From: Octopus sinensis
Lineage: Eukaryota
Assembly: GCF_006345805.1 (NCBI RefSeq)
Contig: NC_043006.1
Span: forward strand, 97,340,001 to 97,404,000
Direction of reading: 5' to 3'
Length of the DNA: 64,000 nt
This document shows, in pieces, positions 62,918 to 64,000 of the stretch (its first letter is position 1; every line of letters begins with the position of its first letter). A model generated the notes under the pieces. That model was not told where the DNA came from. It saw nothing but the letters and a program-made list of their open reading frames with translations, and made no database searches. The position numbers and the translations under genes are program-made.

Positions 62918-64000
62918 AACAACAAATGGTGGTTTGCCCTCAACAGAGCAGTAAAAGCAGAAGCGATTAGGTACAGCAAAGCACTAGCCATAGATAGAAA
63001 TAGAGTAGAGGGTGAGCTAGTTAAGAAGCTAGAAGAGGCAATTAGAAGCGGCATCGCATCCGACGTTTTGGCGGCGAGGTTGGCCCTCGACCAACACTTC
63101 AACGCCAAACACGAAGGATGTGTGTCAGAGCTAGGATGCGTGCTCTAAGGAACGAAGGTGTTAGAGCCGCGAGAGAGGCCCGGGTGGCAGAGGCGCAACA
63201 GGGCAACAAAGCCACCATTCGGTCACTGGTAGATGAACAGGGGCGCGAATTGCTCGAGCCAAGTAAAATGTGTGAGGCCTTTCAGCAGCATTTTGCCCGA
63301 CTGTTCGGAACGAGTGGAGGGCAAGAACGTAGGGTGGACTTCAGTGCCTACCTACATAGCCTACCACGACTCTCGACAAGAAAGGCAGGGTGCTGCGAAG
63401 GTGCCATCACGGCGGCGGAAGTGCGGGAAGCGATGGCAGAATGCTCGAGGGACAAATCACCGGGTTTGGATGGTCTACCCTACGAGCTTTACAATTGTAT
63501 GCCAGACTTGTTTGGAGATCTCTTGGCGGCGGTGTGTACTGCAACTGGCAGCAAAACGGGAGCATTCCTGGTTTTGTGAGCCGAGGAGCCGTAACAATGC
63601 TGAAGAAAGATCTAAACAAGGGAAATGTAATAGATAACTTTAGGCCCATCACTCTGCTTAATGCAGACTTGAAAATTTTGGCCAAGGTGCTAGCCAAGAG
63701 GTTGGCGCGCTTGTCATCGAGAAACTGGTCGACAAGGCGCAAACATGCGCCGTGCCAGGCCGGACCATCCATGACAACCTCCATCTGATGCGCTACATCA
63801 TAGACAGGGTAGTTAACGAACCTGGCATGGGTGGGGCCCTGATCAACTTGGATCAATCAAAAGCCTTTGATAGGTAGACGATCGATACTTGGAGGCAGTC
63901 CTGAGAGCGGCTGGTTTCGGTCCCGTCTTCCGCGGCTGGATAGCTGCCTTGTACAGAGGCATCCGTTCGGTAATTCGCGTAAATGGACATCTATCGAGAC
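62918..64000 (+). mobile_element. Second Tx1-like LINE copy directly after (TATC)n; runs off the window edge
   Basis: Nearly identical to 53737-54780 and preceded by (TATC)n at 62833-62917. Confidence 0.92.

Overview
AT-rich, microsatellite-saturated animal DNA with no intact cellular gene evident. The repeat families and (TA)n/(TCTA)n/(TAA)n density look like an octopus (cephalopod) genome; this is an inference. Contents: many tRNA-headed SINEs of at least 3 families; R4/Dong-like RLE LINE fragments stacked in (TAA)n tracts with a ~540-bp non-coding companion element; RTE fragments; three Tc1/mariner relics; three non-autonomous Helitrons; a Penelope-like (Neptune-type) RT+GIY-YIG ORF; two Tx1-like LINE copies, each starting directly after a (TATC)n tract. 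Most notable: (1) about ten Penelope-type minimal hammerhead ribozyme motifs, including a U3-A8 compensatory core variant and a tRNA-headed, hammerhead-carrying SINE inserted as an inverted pair with a 15-bp TSD; (2) apparent microsatellite-specific retrotransposons, with Tx1 at (TATC)n and R4/Dong at (TAA)n. A possible minus-strand spliced gene with an RFX X-box lies near 45.2-45.9 kb. All calls were made by eye; no database searches were run, and many boundaries are approximate.
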